Numbered from the stretch's first letter, positions 26,661 through 36,817 are shown. The stretch: 64,000 nucleotides of DNA from Parcubacteria group bacterium Gr01-1014_8 (GCA_007376385.1 VMGC01000004.1:71207-135206); one strand, 5' to 3'. The notes: generated by a model from the letters alone, not told the origin. Numbers and translations: made by a program.

Positions 26661-28526
26661 TTACACGTCCAATAATGGTAGCATGACTTCCGCCTCGGTT
26701 TCCCGCAGGAATTGTGCGAGTCGCGGACCATGATCTTTCGCGAACAGCAATTGGTACACGTGTTGGAAGAATCGCAATTGAGCGGCGCGGTTCCGGCGTT
26801 CGGTTTGACCACTCTTGTTGGGGAGAGCGTACAGTGCAAAGGAGAATTCCTCAAGACTTTTTGAACCCTTGCGCTTCAGGAGAGTTCGCAATTTTCTAAG
26901 CAGGATCATGTCGCGCGACTCAAGTTTGGCAGCATGCTCGACGTTCGGTTTATCCAGCAAATGGTATGTATGCTTATCATCAATTCTGATGTATCGTCGG
27001 CCTTTTGGCCGCGCAATTGTCCGCACGTCTATATAAGAAATTTCCGCAGACGAAACGACCGATTGCCCTTGAATTTCCTGATTCATTAATCGCAAAAGCT
27101 TCGGAACATTTTTCTCCTTCACCTGCCTGAACTCATGCAATTTTGCTCTGAGCTTTTCCCCCTGCTTCTTTTCTAGAAGTGGCTTGGCAACGTGTTCATA
27201 GATATCCCGCTGGGGCAAAGTCGGTTTGCATACGATCTTGCCATGGATGGAGAGGCTTGATGCCCCGCTTCCGTAACCTCCGTAGGGCTGCGTGCCGCGT
27301 TCTATTCCGCGTGCGTGCAGATGAGTGTTGTGCAGTATCGTCCCTGCATCATGTATTTTTTTTCCGCTTATTACTTTTCCGACAAGCCCCGAAACGTAGG
27401 CACTCGTACCATAGACGGTCACATACATGGCATTATGGGCGTAACGTGGATCCTCAAAATATAGTGCGAGTTCGCGATCACCCCGATATTTCTGCAAATA
27501 GATAATAGGTGCAAATATCTCATTGAAATTACCTCCCTCGTTTAGCGGCTTGTTGACTATGGTCGGCTGCAAGATGGCATCGCGCGTGGTTACAGTGCCC
27601 GGCGTTTGCGGATCTATCCATTTCAGATTATGCGTGAGTAGGTCTTCTATCCGGACCAGATCTCTCGGGTCGCTGATAGGTCCCACGCGATTCGTACGAT
27701 CGCGGTAGTGCCCTACGTCCACCTCTCGAAGCTTCTCCCGTAACGCACCCAAAAAAACCTCAAAAATATCCTTGTGCACAAGAATAGTGTTTGGAGCTGC
27801 GCAGTCCTGTCCTTGATTGTACAGTTGCAGAGTGAGCACGGCATCGAGTGCCGCGGGAAGGTCGGCGTCCTTGCTGATGACTACCGGATTATGTCCCGCT
27901 CCGTTGGTGATGAACAGCGTACGGTTGTCGAATATGATGCGCAACTGATCAGCGTGCGCTGGCGTGCCTGTAAAAATAACGGCATCGGTTACGGGAAGAC
28001 TCTCTCCGGTTGAAGGATCAACGCGGAGTGCAGAGTGCTCTGTAAGAAAATCCAAACGGCCCTGATGGGAGACAGCGATGTTGGGGAAAAGGGTCCGTAT
28101 GTCGAGAAGTTCGAGGAGTTTAGGAAAGAATTGGCGCATGCTATGCGGAATACGGAAATGCACCTTATGTGCCATGAACGAAGGAATGATAACAAAGCAC
28201 GTAAACGCGTACAGAGGCTGATTTCTAGGTAGAAATGACGCCACTTCATTCACGCGTAGCTGAAAGTATTTTTTGTTCTCCCGGAGATTTCGCAGAATGT
28301 CGAGCGTGCGGAACGTCTCATCCTGAACGACTTCGTAACTCTCGTACTCAAGCAATATGTTGGTCAGTTCTTCAAATTGGCCTTCTATCTTATCCGCGAG
28401 CAATTTCGCACGATGCGCTATCTCGTCAAAAGAAAGAATTGAATACGGCGCAAAGTCCGCCGCAGGAACGGCCTTCATCGGCATGGCAGGCTCTCGAACA
28501 GAGACGATCGTCGTGTCGCCTTTCAT
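26661..28526 (-). CDS. divergent aldehyde-dehydrogenase-superfamily protein with ~170-aa C-terminal extension of unknown function
   Basis: ALDH-like blocks PRNQPLYAF..., FTGTPAHADQL, ITNGAGHNPVVISKDADLPAAL, NQGQDCAAPNTILV (catalytic Cys) and EIFAPIIYL; the general-base Glu of ELGGK reads TNGAG. Confidence 0.6.
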   Translation of the reverse strand: MKGDTTIVSVREPAMPMKAVPAADFAPYSILSFDEIAHRAKLLADKIEGQFEELTNILLEYESYEVVQDETFRTLDILRNLRENKKYFQLRVNEVASFLPRNQPLYAFTCFVIIPSFMAHKVHFRIPHSMRQFFPKLLELLDIRTLFPNIAVSHQGRLDFLTEHSALRVDPSTGESLPVTDAVIFTGTPAHADQLRIIFDNRTLFITNGAGHNPVVISKDADLPAALDAVLTLQLYNQGQDCAAPNTILVHKDIFEVFLGALREKLREVDVGHYRDRTNRVGPISDPRDLVRIEDLLTHNLKWIDPQTPGTVTTRDAILQPTIVNKPLNEGGNFNEIFAPIIYLQKYRGDRELALYFEDPRYAHNAMYVTVYGTSAYVSGLVGKVISGKKIHDAGTILHNTHLHARGIERGTQPYGGYGSGASSLSIHGKIVCKPTLPQRDIYEHVAKPLLEKKQGEKLRAKLHEFRQVKEKNVPKLLRLMNQEIQGQSVVSSAEISYIDVRTIARPKGRRYIRIDDKHTYHLLDKPNVEHAAKLESRDMILLRKLRTLLKRKGSKSLEEFSFALYALPNKSGQTERRNRAAQLRFFQHVYQLLFAKDHGPRLAQFLRETEAEVMLPLLDV

Positions 28527-28541
28527 TGTAGTGTCACGATA

Positions 28542-28877
28542 TTATGAAAATTGTAGAAAAACGATACCGGAAAGCACTAATGCCAGTCCGAAATATTGAA
28601 AAACGGATATCTTGCTCCATTCTTGGAATAGAAACAAACCCATAATGATAGTGCAGACGGTAAGCAAGGCATCTATCGTACCCGAGCCTATGGCGACGCC
28701 AAGTCTCGAGGTAACGAGTCCGAACGTAATAAAAACGAACGGCGAGACGGCAATGACAGCCAGCAACAGCAGGGAAAACTTATCATCTTTGCTTGCCCAC
28801 GTAGCCCCCAAATAGTTCCCAAGAAGCGCAACCGCCACGGCCAATACAACAAAAAGCCATGCCCCAAGTCTTTCCAT
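28542..28877 (-). CDS. small 4-TM membrane protein, SMR/DMT-like
   Basis: 111 aa, four hydrophobic helices. Confidence 0.5.
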   Translation of the reverse strand: MERLGAWLFVVLAVAVALLGNYLGATWASKDDKFSLLLLAVIAVSPFVFITFGLVTSRLGVAIGSGTIDALLTVCTIIMGLFLFQEWSKISVFQYFGLALVLSGIVFLQFS

Positions 28878-28944
28878 ATATTGCTCATCACACTAGCACA
28901 TAAACCCCTATTGGGAAGAGTTCGCTGTTTAGAAACGCAGGGTG

Positions 28945-29439
28945 CTACACGTTCCGTTCAAACGCCAAGGCTGCGAAAGAGCCGATGATCCACCAAAAGC
29001 GATATGCTTCACCGAAGATCGTTTGTATTTGTCCATTGAAGTTCCATACAGACGAAAGCGCTGGTACCTGAAGCCAAGTGACGATCAGCAAAATAGCCAC
29101 GGCCACCCCGGCAAAAATAGCCTGTATGGGCTGCCCACCCATCTCACTGTAATCAATCGTTAGACGGCGTACAAAAATGAACATCAAGACCAGAATGAGG
29201 CCGAATTGAAGCGCCTGAAGGACAGGCGTTGAAAACGTCCTCGACAGTGAGCCGAGGAATGCAGCGTTCGTGAGCGACGTAGACGCGAGGAGCGCAAGAA
29301 GCATACCGATGCCGAGCGAGGATATACGCCCGACCCCGACGCGTATGGCGTCAATGGTGAGCAGTAGCGCAACCGCCCCTAAAATTATCCAGTCCGCCGG
29401 TACCGTTGAAACATAGCTGGTGACTGAGCCTATATCCAT
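28945..29439 (-). CDS. hypothetical membrane protein
   Basis: ORF with 4-5 TM helices, no motif. Confidence 0.4.
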   Translation of the reverse strand: MDIGSVTSYVSTVPADWIILGAVALLLTIDAIRVGVGRISSLGIGMLLALLASTSLTNAAFLGSLSRTFSTPVLQALQFGLILVLMFIFVRRLTIDYSEMGGQPIQAIFAGVAVAILLIVTWLQVPALSSVWNFNGQIQTIFGEAYRFWWIIGSFAALAFERNV

Positions 29440-29521
29440 AACTTCTTAGACGCATTCTCAGTCTACCACTGAACAACTTCCGATTTATATGCTGCTGTTG
29501 AAAAACTTGTCAACCAGTATG

Positions 29522-30616
29522 CTACAGGCCTTCAGCGCGCAAGTTCTCAATGAGAATTTTCGCGCTTTTCGAAAGTTTTTTCGGAAATTCAATATTCACC
29601 CTAACCAATAGATCTCCTCGACTCCCTCGTCCTGATGGCACACCTTTTCCGCGTACTCGAATGAACTCTCCATGCGTAACGCCGGCAGGAACAGTGACCG
29701 TCGTCTCACCGTCCAGCGATTGTATCGTGTAGTCTCCGCCAAGCAGTGCGTCAGTAAGTTTTATCGGCAGCACCATAACGAGATTGCTCCCGTCGCGCGT
29801 AAATACTTTGTCTGCTTTTACGTGCAATTTCACATAGAGGTCTCCCGCTGATACTCCAGGAGCAGCCTCCCCCCTCCCCGGCATTCGTATCATCTCGCCA
29901 TTTTCAACACCAGCAGGAACACTCACGCGGATCTCTTCCTCTCTCTTTGCTACGCCTTCGCCGTTGCATGCCGTGCATGGCTGATCCGGCACTTCCCGTC
30001 GGCCATGGCACTGCGGGCATGTCCTCACTGATGTAAACGAACCGAAAAACGAGTTGCGGCTTTCGTGTATCTGACCTTTGCCATTGCACATCGTACACTC
30101 TGTCATCCGGGAACCCTTCTTGGCACCAGTACCAGTGCAGACGTCGCATGTTGTAACTTTTGAGATCAGAACTCGTCTCTCCGTCCCAAAGATAGCGTCT
30201 TTGAATGGTATTTCTATATCTATCGAGATGTCGCGGCCTCTTTTTTGCTTTCGGCCCGTAGCGCCGCCGAAAAATTCGCCAAAAATATCACCGAGGTCGA
30301 ATTCAACTCCCTCTCCGCTGAAACCGCTTCCTCCTGCACCGGAAAATCCAGCAAATTTAGAGAAATCAAATCCGCCGAATCCTCCCGCGCCTCCGCCGCC
30401 TGAAAATGTCTTCCCGTACGCGTCATACTCTGCCCGTTTCTTCTTATCAGACAAGACGGCGTATGCCTCACTGACCTCCTTGAACTTCGCTTCGTCTCCG
30501 CCTTTTTTATCCGGATGAAATTTATGTGCAAGCGAGCGAAAGGCTTTTTTAATATCCTCCTCCGTCGCAGTTTTCTGTATACCCAATATTTGGTAGTAGT
30601 CTTTCATATGGATCAC
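29522..30616 (-). CDS. dnaJ: chaperone DnaJ
   Basis: J-domain with HPD, Gly-rich linker, four CxxCxGxG zinc-finger repeats. Confidence 0.93.
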   Translation of the reverse strand: MIHMKDYYQILGIQKTATEEDIKKAFRSLAHKFHPDKKGGDEAKFKEVSEAYAVLSDKKKRAEYDAYGKTFSGGGGAGGFGGFDFSKFAGFSGAGGSGFSGEGVEFDLGDIFGEFFGGATGRKQKRGRDISIDIEIPFKDAIFGTERRVLISKVTTCDVCTGTGAKKGSRMTECTMCNGKGQIHESRNSFFGSFTSVRTCPQCHGRREVPDQPCTACNGEGVAKREEEIRVSVPAGVENGEMIRMPGRGEAAPGVSAGDLYVKLHVKADKVFTRDGSNLVMVLPIKLTDALLGGDYTIQSLDGETTVTVPAGVTHGEFIRVRGKGVPSGRGSRGDLLVRVNIEFPKKLSKSAKILIENLRAEGL

Positions 30617-30711
30617 TTTAAGGAATATCTTTCGAAACTCCGTGCATTAGCGCTGGTAATACTTCGTTATCTCATGCGTACCTCCCGTACTCCAGAACCC
30701 TCTACATCGCA

Positions 30712-30817
30712 GTATACCCCATGAGATAATATCGCAACAAGTGCAACAATGCTGTTGATAATTTGATGCATTTCGAGTTTGATGTGTACGTGATTCATTC
30801 TATCTCACGGGGTATAC
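30712..30817. repeat. MITE/REP-like inverted-repeat unit (GTATACCCCATGAGATA ... TATCTCACGGGGTATAC) in the dnaK-dnaJ spacer
   Basis: 17-bp arms read directly with 16/17 complementarity; 73-bp interior contains CAACA-atgc-TGTTG mini-hairpin shared with the degenerate copy at 36818. Confidence 0.75.
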
Positions 30818-30902
30818 ATCCATGCTTCGTCACCCTACAAGCGATGGATACATGTGGATAGTGCGCCGCTTTGCACCTGCGCGGCACACGCTACCGACCC
30901 GC

Positions 30903-32759
30903 TCAATCTTTTTTTGGTTCTTGGCCATCCGCAGGAGGCGTCTCGCCGCCTTGGGCGGGACCCTTCGACATGGCTTCGCCGATGGCACTCATCGCGGCAG
31001 AAAGCGCATCTACTGCATTTTTTATGGCGACCGCATCATTCCCCGCTCTGGCCGTTTTTAGCGCATCTATCTTCTCCTGAACATTTTTCTTCACATCAGA
31101 ACCGATCTTCTCTCCATGCTCGCGCAGAGCTTTCTCCGCGGCGTACACAAGTTGGTCAGCGGCGTTCTGTGCCTCCACCAATTCCTTCTTTTTCTTGTCA
31201 GACTCGGCGTTGGCATCAGCATCCGAGCGCATTTTTTCAACGTCCGCATCAGTTAATCCGGAACGCGCCTCTATCCGTATTGATTGCTCCTTACCAGACG
31301 TTTTTTCCTTCGCTTTGACAGAGAGAATGCCGTTTGCATCTATATCGAAACTGACCTCGATTTGCGGCATGCCTCGTGGCGACGGCGGAATACCGTCCAG
31401 GTTGAACCGTCCCAAAGACTTATTGTCTGCAGCCATCGGTCTCTCGCCTTGTACGACATGTATCTCGACGGACGGTTGGTTGTCCGCCGCCGTCGAAAAC
31501 ACCTGCGATTTTGAAGTAGGAATAGTCGTGTTTCTTTCAATTAATTTTGTTGCAACCCCTCCGAGTGTCTCTATGCCGAAAGAAAGAGGTATGACATCGA
31601 GAAGAAGCACATCCTTTACGTCGCCCTGCAAAATTCCTCCCTGGATAGCCGCACCGATGGCAACGACCTCGTCCGGGTTTACTCCCATGTGCGGCTTTTT
31701 TCCGAAAAAATCCTCAACTGCCTTTTGAAGCGCCGGCATTCGTGTTTGTCCTCCCACGAGAATAACTTCATTGATATCTCCTATTTTGAACGGCGAGGCT
31801 TCCATTGCGCGTTTTGTTATAGCAATAGCTCTATCAACAAATTCGCGAGAAAGGTCCTCAAGCTTCCCGCGCGTCATCTTAATAAGGAGATGCCGGGGGC
31901 CGGACGAATCCGACGTGATGAACGGAATATTGATCTCAGTTTCTAGCGCGCTTGAGAGTTCTATTTTGGCTTTCTCTGCACCTTCATCAAGTCGTTGCCG
32001 TGCCAAGGGATCATTACGAACATCAATGCCTGACTCTTTTTTGAATTCATCAGCTATCCAATTCATGATATTCTGGTCCAGATCTTTTCCTCCAAGATGG
32101 GCATCGCCATCGGTTGAACGGACTTCTATCACGTCGTCACCCACTTCCAGAACGGAGATGTCGAACGTGCCTCCGCCAAAGTCGAACACAACGATTTTTT
32201 CGTTCTTTTTTTTGTTAAAACCATATGCTAAGGCAGCTGCAGTCGGTTCATTGATGATGCGCTTCACATCAAGTCCCGCTATCTTGCCCGCATCACGCGT
32301 TGCCTGACGCTGTGAATCGTTGAAATATGCGGGAACGGTAATGACCGCTTCCGTGATCGTCTCGCCCAGCTTCGCTTCAGCGTCCTGTTTTAACTTTTGC
32401 AGGATCATGGCAGAGATCTCCTCTGGCCGGTACCACTTAGAACCCATGTGCACCTCTATGCCGCCATTCGAGCTTTTCTGCATCTCAAAAGGCACCGCTT
32501 TCCTATCCTTTTCTACTGCAGCTTCGTCGAACGAGTGTCCGATGAAGCGCTTTATTTGATAAATTGTGTTTTTCGGATTCGTAACCGCTTGTCTTTTTGC
32601 AAGAAGTCCGACAAGCCGCTCCCCTGTCTTTGAGGTGGCGACAACGGACGGCGTCGTCCGAGCGCCCTCAGCATTTTCTATGATGTCAGGCTCGCCTCCT
32701 TTCACTATTGCAATCGCTGAATTCGTCGTTCCAAGATCTATGCCGAGTATTTTTCCCAT
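30903..32759 (-). CDS. dnaK: chaperone DnaK (Hsp70)
   Basis: [17 protein letters not shown], full-length Hsp70 collinearity. Confidence 0.97.
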   Translation of the reverse strand: MGKILGIDLGTTNSAIAIVKGGEPDIIENAEGARTTPSVVATSKTGERLVGLLAKRQAVTNPKNTIYQIKRFIGHSFDEAAVEKDRKAVPFEMQKSSNGGIEVHMGSKWYRPEEISAMILQKLKQDAEAKLGETITEAVITVPAYFNDSQRQATRDAGKIAGLDVKRIINEPTAAALAYGFNKKKNEKIVVFDFGGGTFDISVLEVGDDVIEVRSTDGDAHLGGKDLDQNIMNWIADEFKKESGIDVRNDPLARQRLDEGAEKAKIELSSALETEINIPFITSDSSGPRHLLIKMTRGKLEDLSREFVDRAIAITKRAMEASPFKIGDINEVILVGGQTRMPALQKAVEDFFGKKPHMGVNPDEVVAIGAAIQGGILQGDVKDVLLLDVIPLSFGIETLGGVATKLIERNTTIPTSKSQVFSTAADNQPSVEIHVVQGERPMAADNKSLGRFNLDGIPPSPRGMPQIEVSFDIDANGILSVKAKEKTSGKEQSIRIEARSGLTDADVEKMRSDADANAESDKKKKELVEAQNAADQLVYAAEKALREHGEKIGSDVKKNVQEKIDALKTARAGNDAVAIKNAVDALSAAMSAIGEAMSKGPAQGGETPPADGQEPKKD

Positions 32760-32809
32760 ATTTTTATAATATATGTTTTAACCTGCATCATTTTATCCCT
32801 ACGCTGAGA

Positions 32810-33626
32810 TTGTGCAAGTCAGACTTGCACAAACATGACATATTTATGAGCTGTCGTCAAAATCCATTGCCAAACGGACAAATTCATTGTCAAACGCATA
32901 CACACCATTTAATACGTCCTTTGCTGAATTTAAGAATTTCCGTTCGTCGGTTTCAACGACCTCATCAAGAGCGTCGTAGTCGAGTATCTGGGATCGCCGC
33001 GAGCCTAGAACGTCTATAAGGCTCGCGAATGGATATGCTCGTGCCTGCTGTAATGCCTCATCGTATTTCTGAAAAGCACTATCTAAGCCGCCGGGGAATC
33101 TCTCGAACGGATTTTTGACGGTAATGTATGCAAGTAAATATTGCAGATATTCATCATCATGGACGGTGCGAGCTTTGTACGAACTCTGAAACAGAGTTCC
33201 CTCTTCGCTGTACTTGGCGTTGAAATATGCTGCCATACTCGTGCATAGTCTCTGCATAAAAGCGCTGATACCATTTTCTACGTTCTCGCGTACGAGCAAA
33301 TGGAAGTGATTATCCATAAGACAGAACGCTAAGATTGACACGTATGGCTTTTGCTTTCGCCAATGTTCAGGACGTGAAAATCCGGCACGAATATTGTCTG
33401 GGCCGATATCGCGCTCCCAATTCCGCGGCGTGTTGTCGTCGTTTAGGTAACGTAGGAGTTTAAGAAATCGCCACCGGTCGTCATCGTCTCGGATTATGCT
33501 CATGCCGCGTGTACCTCTCTTCATTACATGCACGTACGAGCCGACGGAATACGGTTCTCTTCTCATACTTGACAGATTACATTATTCTTCTGCACTTGTG
33601 CAAGTCAGACTTGCACAACGCATGAC
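32810..33626 (-). mobile_element. IS200/IS605- or RAYT-like unit: HUH Y1 transposase gene bracketed by two direct copies of a 30-nt motif containing the perfect palindrome TTGTGCAAGTC-A-GACTTGCACAA
   Basis: Copies at 32810-32839 and 33596-33626 are near-identical; the only gene between them is the Y1 transposase homolog; the unit sits between grpE and dnaK. Confidence 0.65.
32844..33566 (-). CDS. IS200-like / REP-associated tyrosine transposase (HUH Y1 superfamily)
   Basis: YVHVMKRGTRGMSIIRDDDDRWRFLKLL, LMDNHFHLLV (HUH motif), YKARTVHDDEYLQYLLAYITVKNP (catalytic Tyr region). Confidence 0.75.
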   Translation of the reverse strand: MRREPYSVGSYVHVMKRGTRGMSIIRDDDDRWRFLKLLRYLNDDNTPRNWERDIGPDNIRAGFSRPEHWRKQKPYVSILAFCLMDNHFHLLVRENVENGISAFMQRLCTSMAAYFNAKYSEEGTLFQSSYKARTVHDDEYLQYLLAYITVKNPFERFPGGLDSAFQKYDEALQQARAYPFASLIDVLGSRRSQILDYDALDEVVETDERKFLNSAKDVLNGVYAFDNEFVRLAMDFDDSS

Positions 33627-33636
33627 TTTTCCAGTT

Positions 33637-34242
33637 TCAACCCTCTAATTTGTACATTGTGATATGCGCCGGACGAAGAATGCGACCCCCTAACTTCCAA
33701 CCTCGCCTCACGATACGAGCAACAGTACCAGGCTCGCCCTCTTCATCAACTTCTTGCACGATGTCATGCATTGTCGGATCGTATTTCTCGCCCGGCTTTC
33801 CAAAAGGCACCACACTGGCACTTTCAAGAGCACTTTCGAGCTGTGCCTTTATCCCTTCCAAGCCTGCCCTCCACGTCGCATCCACAGTCTGCCAGGATGG
33901 TGAGAGGGATGCCATGTCAAAACTATCGAGTGCTGGGATGAGAGCCTCGATAAGGCGAGCTACCCTTGCAGTACTTGCCCTTTCGACCATACTCTCGGCT
34001 TCCTTTTTTTGGTTTACCGCATCAGCTTTGCATCTTTGCCATCCATCCAAGAATTCCTGCCGTTCCTTTTTTGCCTGCGCAAGTTCATCGCGCAACTTTT
34101 TCAACTTCGCTTTTGCGGCATCAAGATCGCTGAGCTCCGCCTCGTCGTCGACAAGTCGAGACGGATAGTCCTCGGGTTCGAAATCGATATCTTCCTTTAG
34201 GTCATCGTCATCCATCGCGCAAAGTATATCAAAATTGTGCAA
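33637..34242 (-). CDS. grpE: nucleotide exchange factor GrpE
   Basis: Coiled-coil N-terminal half; C-terminal GEKYDPTMHDIV GrpE signature; gene order grpE-dnaK-dnaJ. Confidence 0.9.
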   Translation of the reverse strand: MHNFDILCAMDDDDLKEDIDFEPEDYPSRLVDDEAELSDLDAAKAKLKKLRDELAQAKKERQEFLDGWQRCKADAVNQKKEAESMVERASTARVARLIEALIPALDSFDMASLSPSWQTVDATWRAGLEGIKAQLESALESASVVPFGKPGEKYDPTMHDIVQEVDEEGEPGTVARIVRRGWKLGGRILRPAHITMYKLEG

Positions 34243-34264
34243 CTTCGGAGAATGTCAGAGATAT

Positions 34265-34648
34265 TTAATGAATATAAAGAGTTGCATCGACGTACGATTG
34301 GAAAAAGCTGTAGATGATAAAGATCACAAATACAATCAGGGGCAACGCCGTCACAAGTGTGGTCCACATGTAGTATCGACGTGATATCCCGGCTCGTTTC
34401 ATCGCGAATAATATGATCACGCCGATGAGCGTCATCACGCCACTGGGAATAACAGCAAAAAAGATAAACATGACGGCAAAGACTAAAGGTATAACCAATC
34501 CTTCTAAACCCGTGTGTATCTTCTGTGCTTCAAGAAGGCTTCTGAACGTCAAAATTGTTCCAAGTATGGGAACAGCGGCACAAAGACCAAAGAGGATTTT
34601 GTAGGAGCGCGATATAAATTTCTCGCCCATGCTTATCGCTTCGACCAT
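34265..34648 (-). CDS. hypothetical small membrane protein (4 TM)
   Basis: ORF with hydrophobic helices. Confidence 0.4.
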   Translation of the reverse strand: MVEAISMGEKFISRSYKILFGLCAAVPILGTILTFRSLLEAQKIHTGLEGLVIPLVFAVMFIFFAVIPSGVMTLIGVIILFAMKRAGISRRYYMWTTLVTALPLIVFVIFIIYSFFQSYVDATLYIH

Positions 34649-35028
34649 TGCGGCGCACGTCGTGCAGCTTTAAGTCCGAATTTCTTTCTTTCTTTTGCTC
34701 GCGGATCGCGCTTCAGAAAGCCTCTTTGTTTTAGGTCTTTTCGGAACGATGCCTCTATATCAACCAGTGCGCGTGCAATGCCATGTCTCAGGGCATCTGC
34801 CTGCGCCTTTTTGCCTCCGCCCTTCACTTTGGCTGTAACCGCATATGTACCGCCTACCGCTTTGAGGGGAGAAGTCACGGTATCTACCATGAGAGGGATC
34901 TGAAAGTAATCGATAGCATCCTTGTCGTTCACCTGTATCGAAATATTCTTTGCACTCACGAGCCTTACCCGCGCCGTTGCTGTTTTGCGACGTCCGACTG
35001 CCTCCGTGTACGATGTGATTTTGCTCAT
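34633..35028 (-). CDS. rpsI: 30S ribosomal protein S9
   Basis: C-terminal GGGKKAQADALRHGIARAL...KFGLKAARRAPQWSKR. Confidence 0.93.
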   Translation of the reverse strand: MSKITSYTEAVGRRKTATARVRLVSAKNISIQVNDKDAIDYFQIPLMVDTVTSPLKAVGGTYAVTAKVKGGGKKAQADALRHGIARALVDIEASFRKDLKQRGFLKRDPRAKERKKFGLKAARRAPQWSKR

Positions 35029-35050
35029 GACAAGTTGGTGAGTGTAAAGA

Positions 35051-35404
35051 TTATTCCGTGATGTGCAAGCGCTTCATCCTGTTCGTTCGCGAAGCATTGC
35101 GCGGCAGCATTCTTTCTATTGCACGCTTTAATGCTTCGCCTCTGCCTTTTCGCGCAATAAGAGAACCGAGTGTTTCGCGCTTTAATCCGCCCGGATGCCC
35201 TGAATATGTGTGATACATTTTTTTCTGTCTCTTTTTTTCAGGTAGGTACAACTTTGCCGCGTTTGTGATGGAAACTTTGACTGCCGATAAGATATGCCTT
35301 GTATACGAAGGATCCGTCTTCCCCATAAGCGCCTTGGCGGCCTGCGATGCTACACGTCCAAGTTTTTTTCCCGCAGCATCGATGGTGTATTCAGTATGGG
35401 TCAT
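35051..35404 (-). CDS. rplM: 50S ribosomal protein L13
   Basis: IDAAGKKLGRVASQAAKAL...YHTYSGHPGGLK. Confidence 0.9.
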   Translation of the reverse strand: MTHTEYTIDAAGKKLGRVASQAAKALMGKTDPSYTRHILSAVKVSITNAAKLYLPEKKRQKKMYHTYSGHPGGLKRETLGSLIARKGRGEALKRAIERMLPRNASRTNRMKRLHITE

Positions 35405-35406
35405 AG

Positions 35407-35763
35407 TTATTGTACGAATTCAATGCGTGCAGACTCGCTGACTCGTTTGCCAATCCTGCCTAATTTTATGACCCGTGTGTACCCCCCGGCACGGGACATG
35501 TATCGCGGCGCGATGGTATCGTGAAGTCTCTTTACAGCATCTGCCGCGTTCCCCAATCGCTCCGATATGATCCTTTTTGATTGCAATGTATTCACCTTGC
35601 TTGCTGTGACAAGACGCTCCATGTACGGGCGAAGCTCCTTGGCTTTTGCGGCAGTTGTCGTAATACCTCCCTCAAGAACGAGCGAGCGTGCAAGGCCGCG
35701 AAGCAGCGCAACGCGCTGGCGCTTCGTGCGGCCGAGTGTTCGTGTGTTCTTGTGATGACGCAT
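35407..35763 (-). CDS. rplQ: 50S ribosomal protein L17
   Basis: MRHHKNTRTLGRTKRQRVALLRGLARSLV. Confidence 0.92.
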   Translation of the reverse strand: MRHHKNTRTLGRTKRQRVALLRGLARSLVLEGGITTTAAKAKELRPYMERLVTASKVNTLQSKRIISERLGNAADAVKRLHDTIAPRYMSRAGGYTRVIKLGRIGKRVSESARIEFVQ

Positions 35764-35766
35764 ATT

Positions 35767-36735
35767 TTATTGCGTGCGAAGAGTCAGTCCCAAATTAGAG
35801 AGGGCGCGCTTTATGTCCTGCAAGCCCTTCTGACCCAGTCCTTCGATCGAAAGCAGGTCGTCTTCTCGCTTCCTGACAAGACCTCCGACTGTTCGAATGG
35901 ATGCATTATCAAGCGCAGCTTCAACGCGAGGGGGAAGCTTGAGTTCAGATATTCGTGTCTTGAGCATTTCTGCGTCTGCACCCTGCAGCTTATCGTCGCG
36001 GTGCGCCGATTCATCCGCATCCTCATCCGTTGCTTCTGCTTTTTCTTCCTTGAACCCGACGATCGCACGCAGCTGATGTATCATCGTCTCCACCGAACGC
36101 TCGAGAGCCTCGTGAGGAGATATCGTACCGTCCGTTTCTATCACCATGCGAAGGCGGTTAAAATCAGTTCGGTCACCGACACGCATGTTCTCTACTTCAT
36201 AGTTGACGCGGCGGATAGGAGAAAAAATGGCGTCGAGTGCAATGGAACCGACTTCAACGCGTTCCTTTTGATGAATTTCTTTCGGTACGTATCCGAGACC
36301 CCTCTCTGCATGAACTTCCATCTCAAGCGTTGTTTTCGAAATTATTTCCGCGATATGCTGCTCTGGATTCAAGATTTCCACCTGCCCCGGCAGCTTAAAA
36401 TCAGCGGCGGTAACGGTATGAGGACCTTTTACAGAGAGCGTCAGTGTTTGCGGCTCATCAGTAAGGAATTTCAACCGCACACGGCGAAGATTGAGGAGCA
36501 TCGTGACCATATCTTCTCGAACTCCCTCGACCGTGGAAAACTCATGCGGTACACCGGGGATTTTTACGTGCGTTACTGCCGCCCCAGGAAGAGAGGAAAG
36601 AATGATGCGTCTGAGCGAGTTGCCGAGTGTATACCCATACCCCGGATACAGGCCATCTATTTCATAGACGCCGCTTCGCTCGTCTTCCGAGACAATACGT
36701 GGCTTACTGGGAAGAGCTATGTGATAGTCCAACAT
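35767..36735 (-). CDS. rpoA: DNA-directed RNA polymerase subunit alpha
   Basis: N-terminal dimerisation domain and C-terminal alpha-CTD (GLGQKGLQDIKRAL) collinear with RpoA. Confidence 0.95.
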   Translation of the reverse strand: MLDYHIALPSKPRIVSEDERSGVYEIDGLYPGYGYTLGNSLRRIILSSLPGAAVTHVKIPGVPHEFSTVEGVREDMVTMLLNLRRVRLKFLTDEPQTLTLSVKGPHTVTAADFKLPGQVEILNPEQHIAEIISKTTLEMEVHAERGLGYVPKEIHQKERVEVGSIALDAIFSPIRRVNYEVENMRVGDRTDFNRLRMVIETDGTISPHEALERSVETMIHQLRAIVGFKEEKAEATDEDADESAHRDDKLQGADAEMLKTRISELKLPPRVEAALDNASIRTVGGLVRKREDDLLSIEGLGQKGLQDIKRALSNLGLTLRTQ

Positions 36736-36817
36736 AAAAAAATGGCGCGTTAGGCGAAAGGAGGCTTAAAATCTGGATAAAAAAGCGATTAATAAAAGAT
36801 ACGAAAAACGCGAAACA

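Noticed and set aside
26393-26854. 153-aa Cys/Arg-rich minus-strand ORF spanning the histidine-kinase / ALDH-like junction
   Set aside because: Out-of-frame overlap with both well-supported neighbours; low-complexity translation.
32810-32832. Palindrome upstream of dnaK as a CIRCE (HrcA) or HAIR (HspR) heat-shock operator
   Set aside because: Sequence TTGTGCAAGTC-A-GACTTGCACAA matches neither TTAGCACTC-N9-GAGTGCTAA nor CTTGAGT-N7-ACTCAAG. An identical copy bracketing the HUH transposase gene favours a REP/IS end; an operator role is not excluded.
35581-36753. 390-aa plus-strand ORF
   Set aside because: Antisense to rpoA/rplQ; Cys/Arg-rich translation typical of a spurious frame opposite a real gene.
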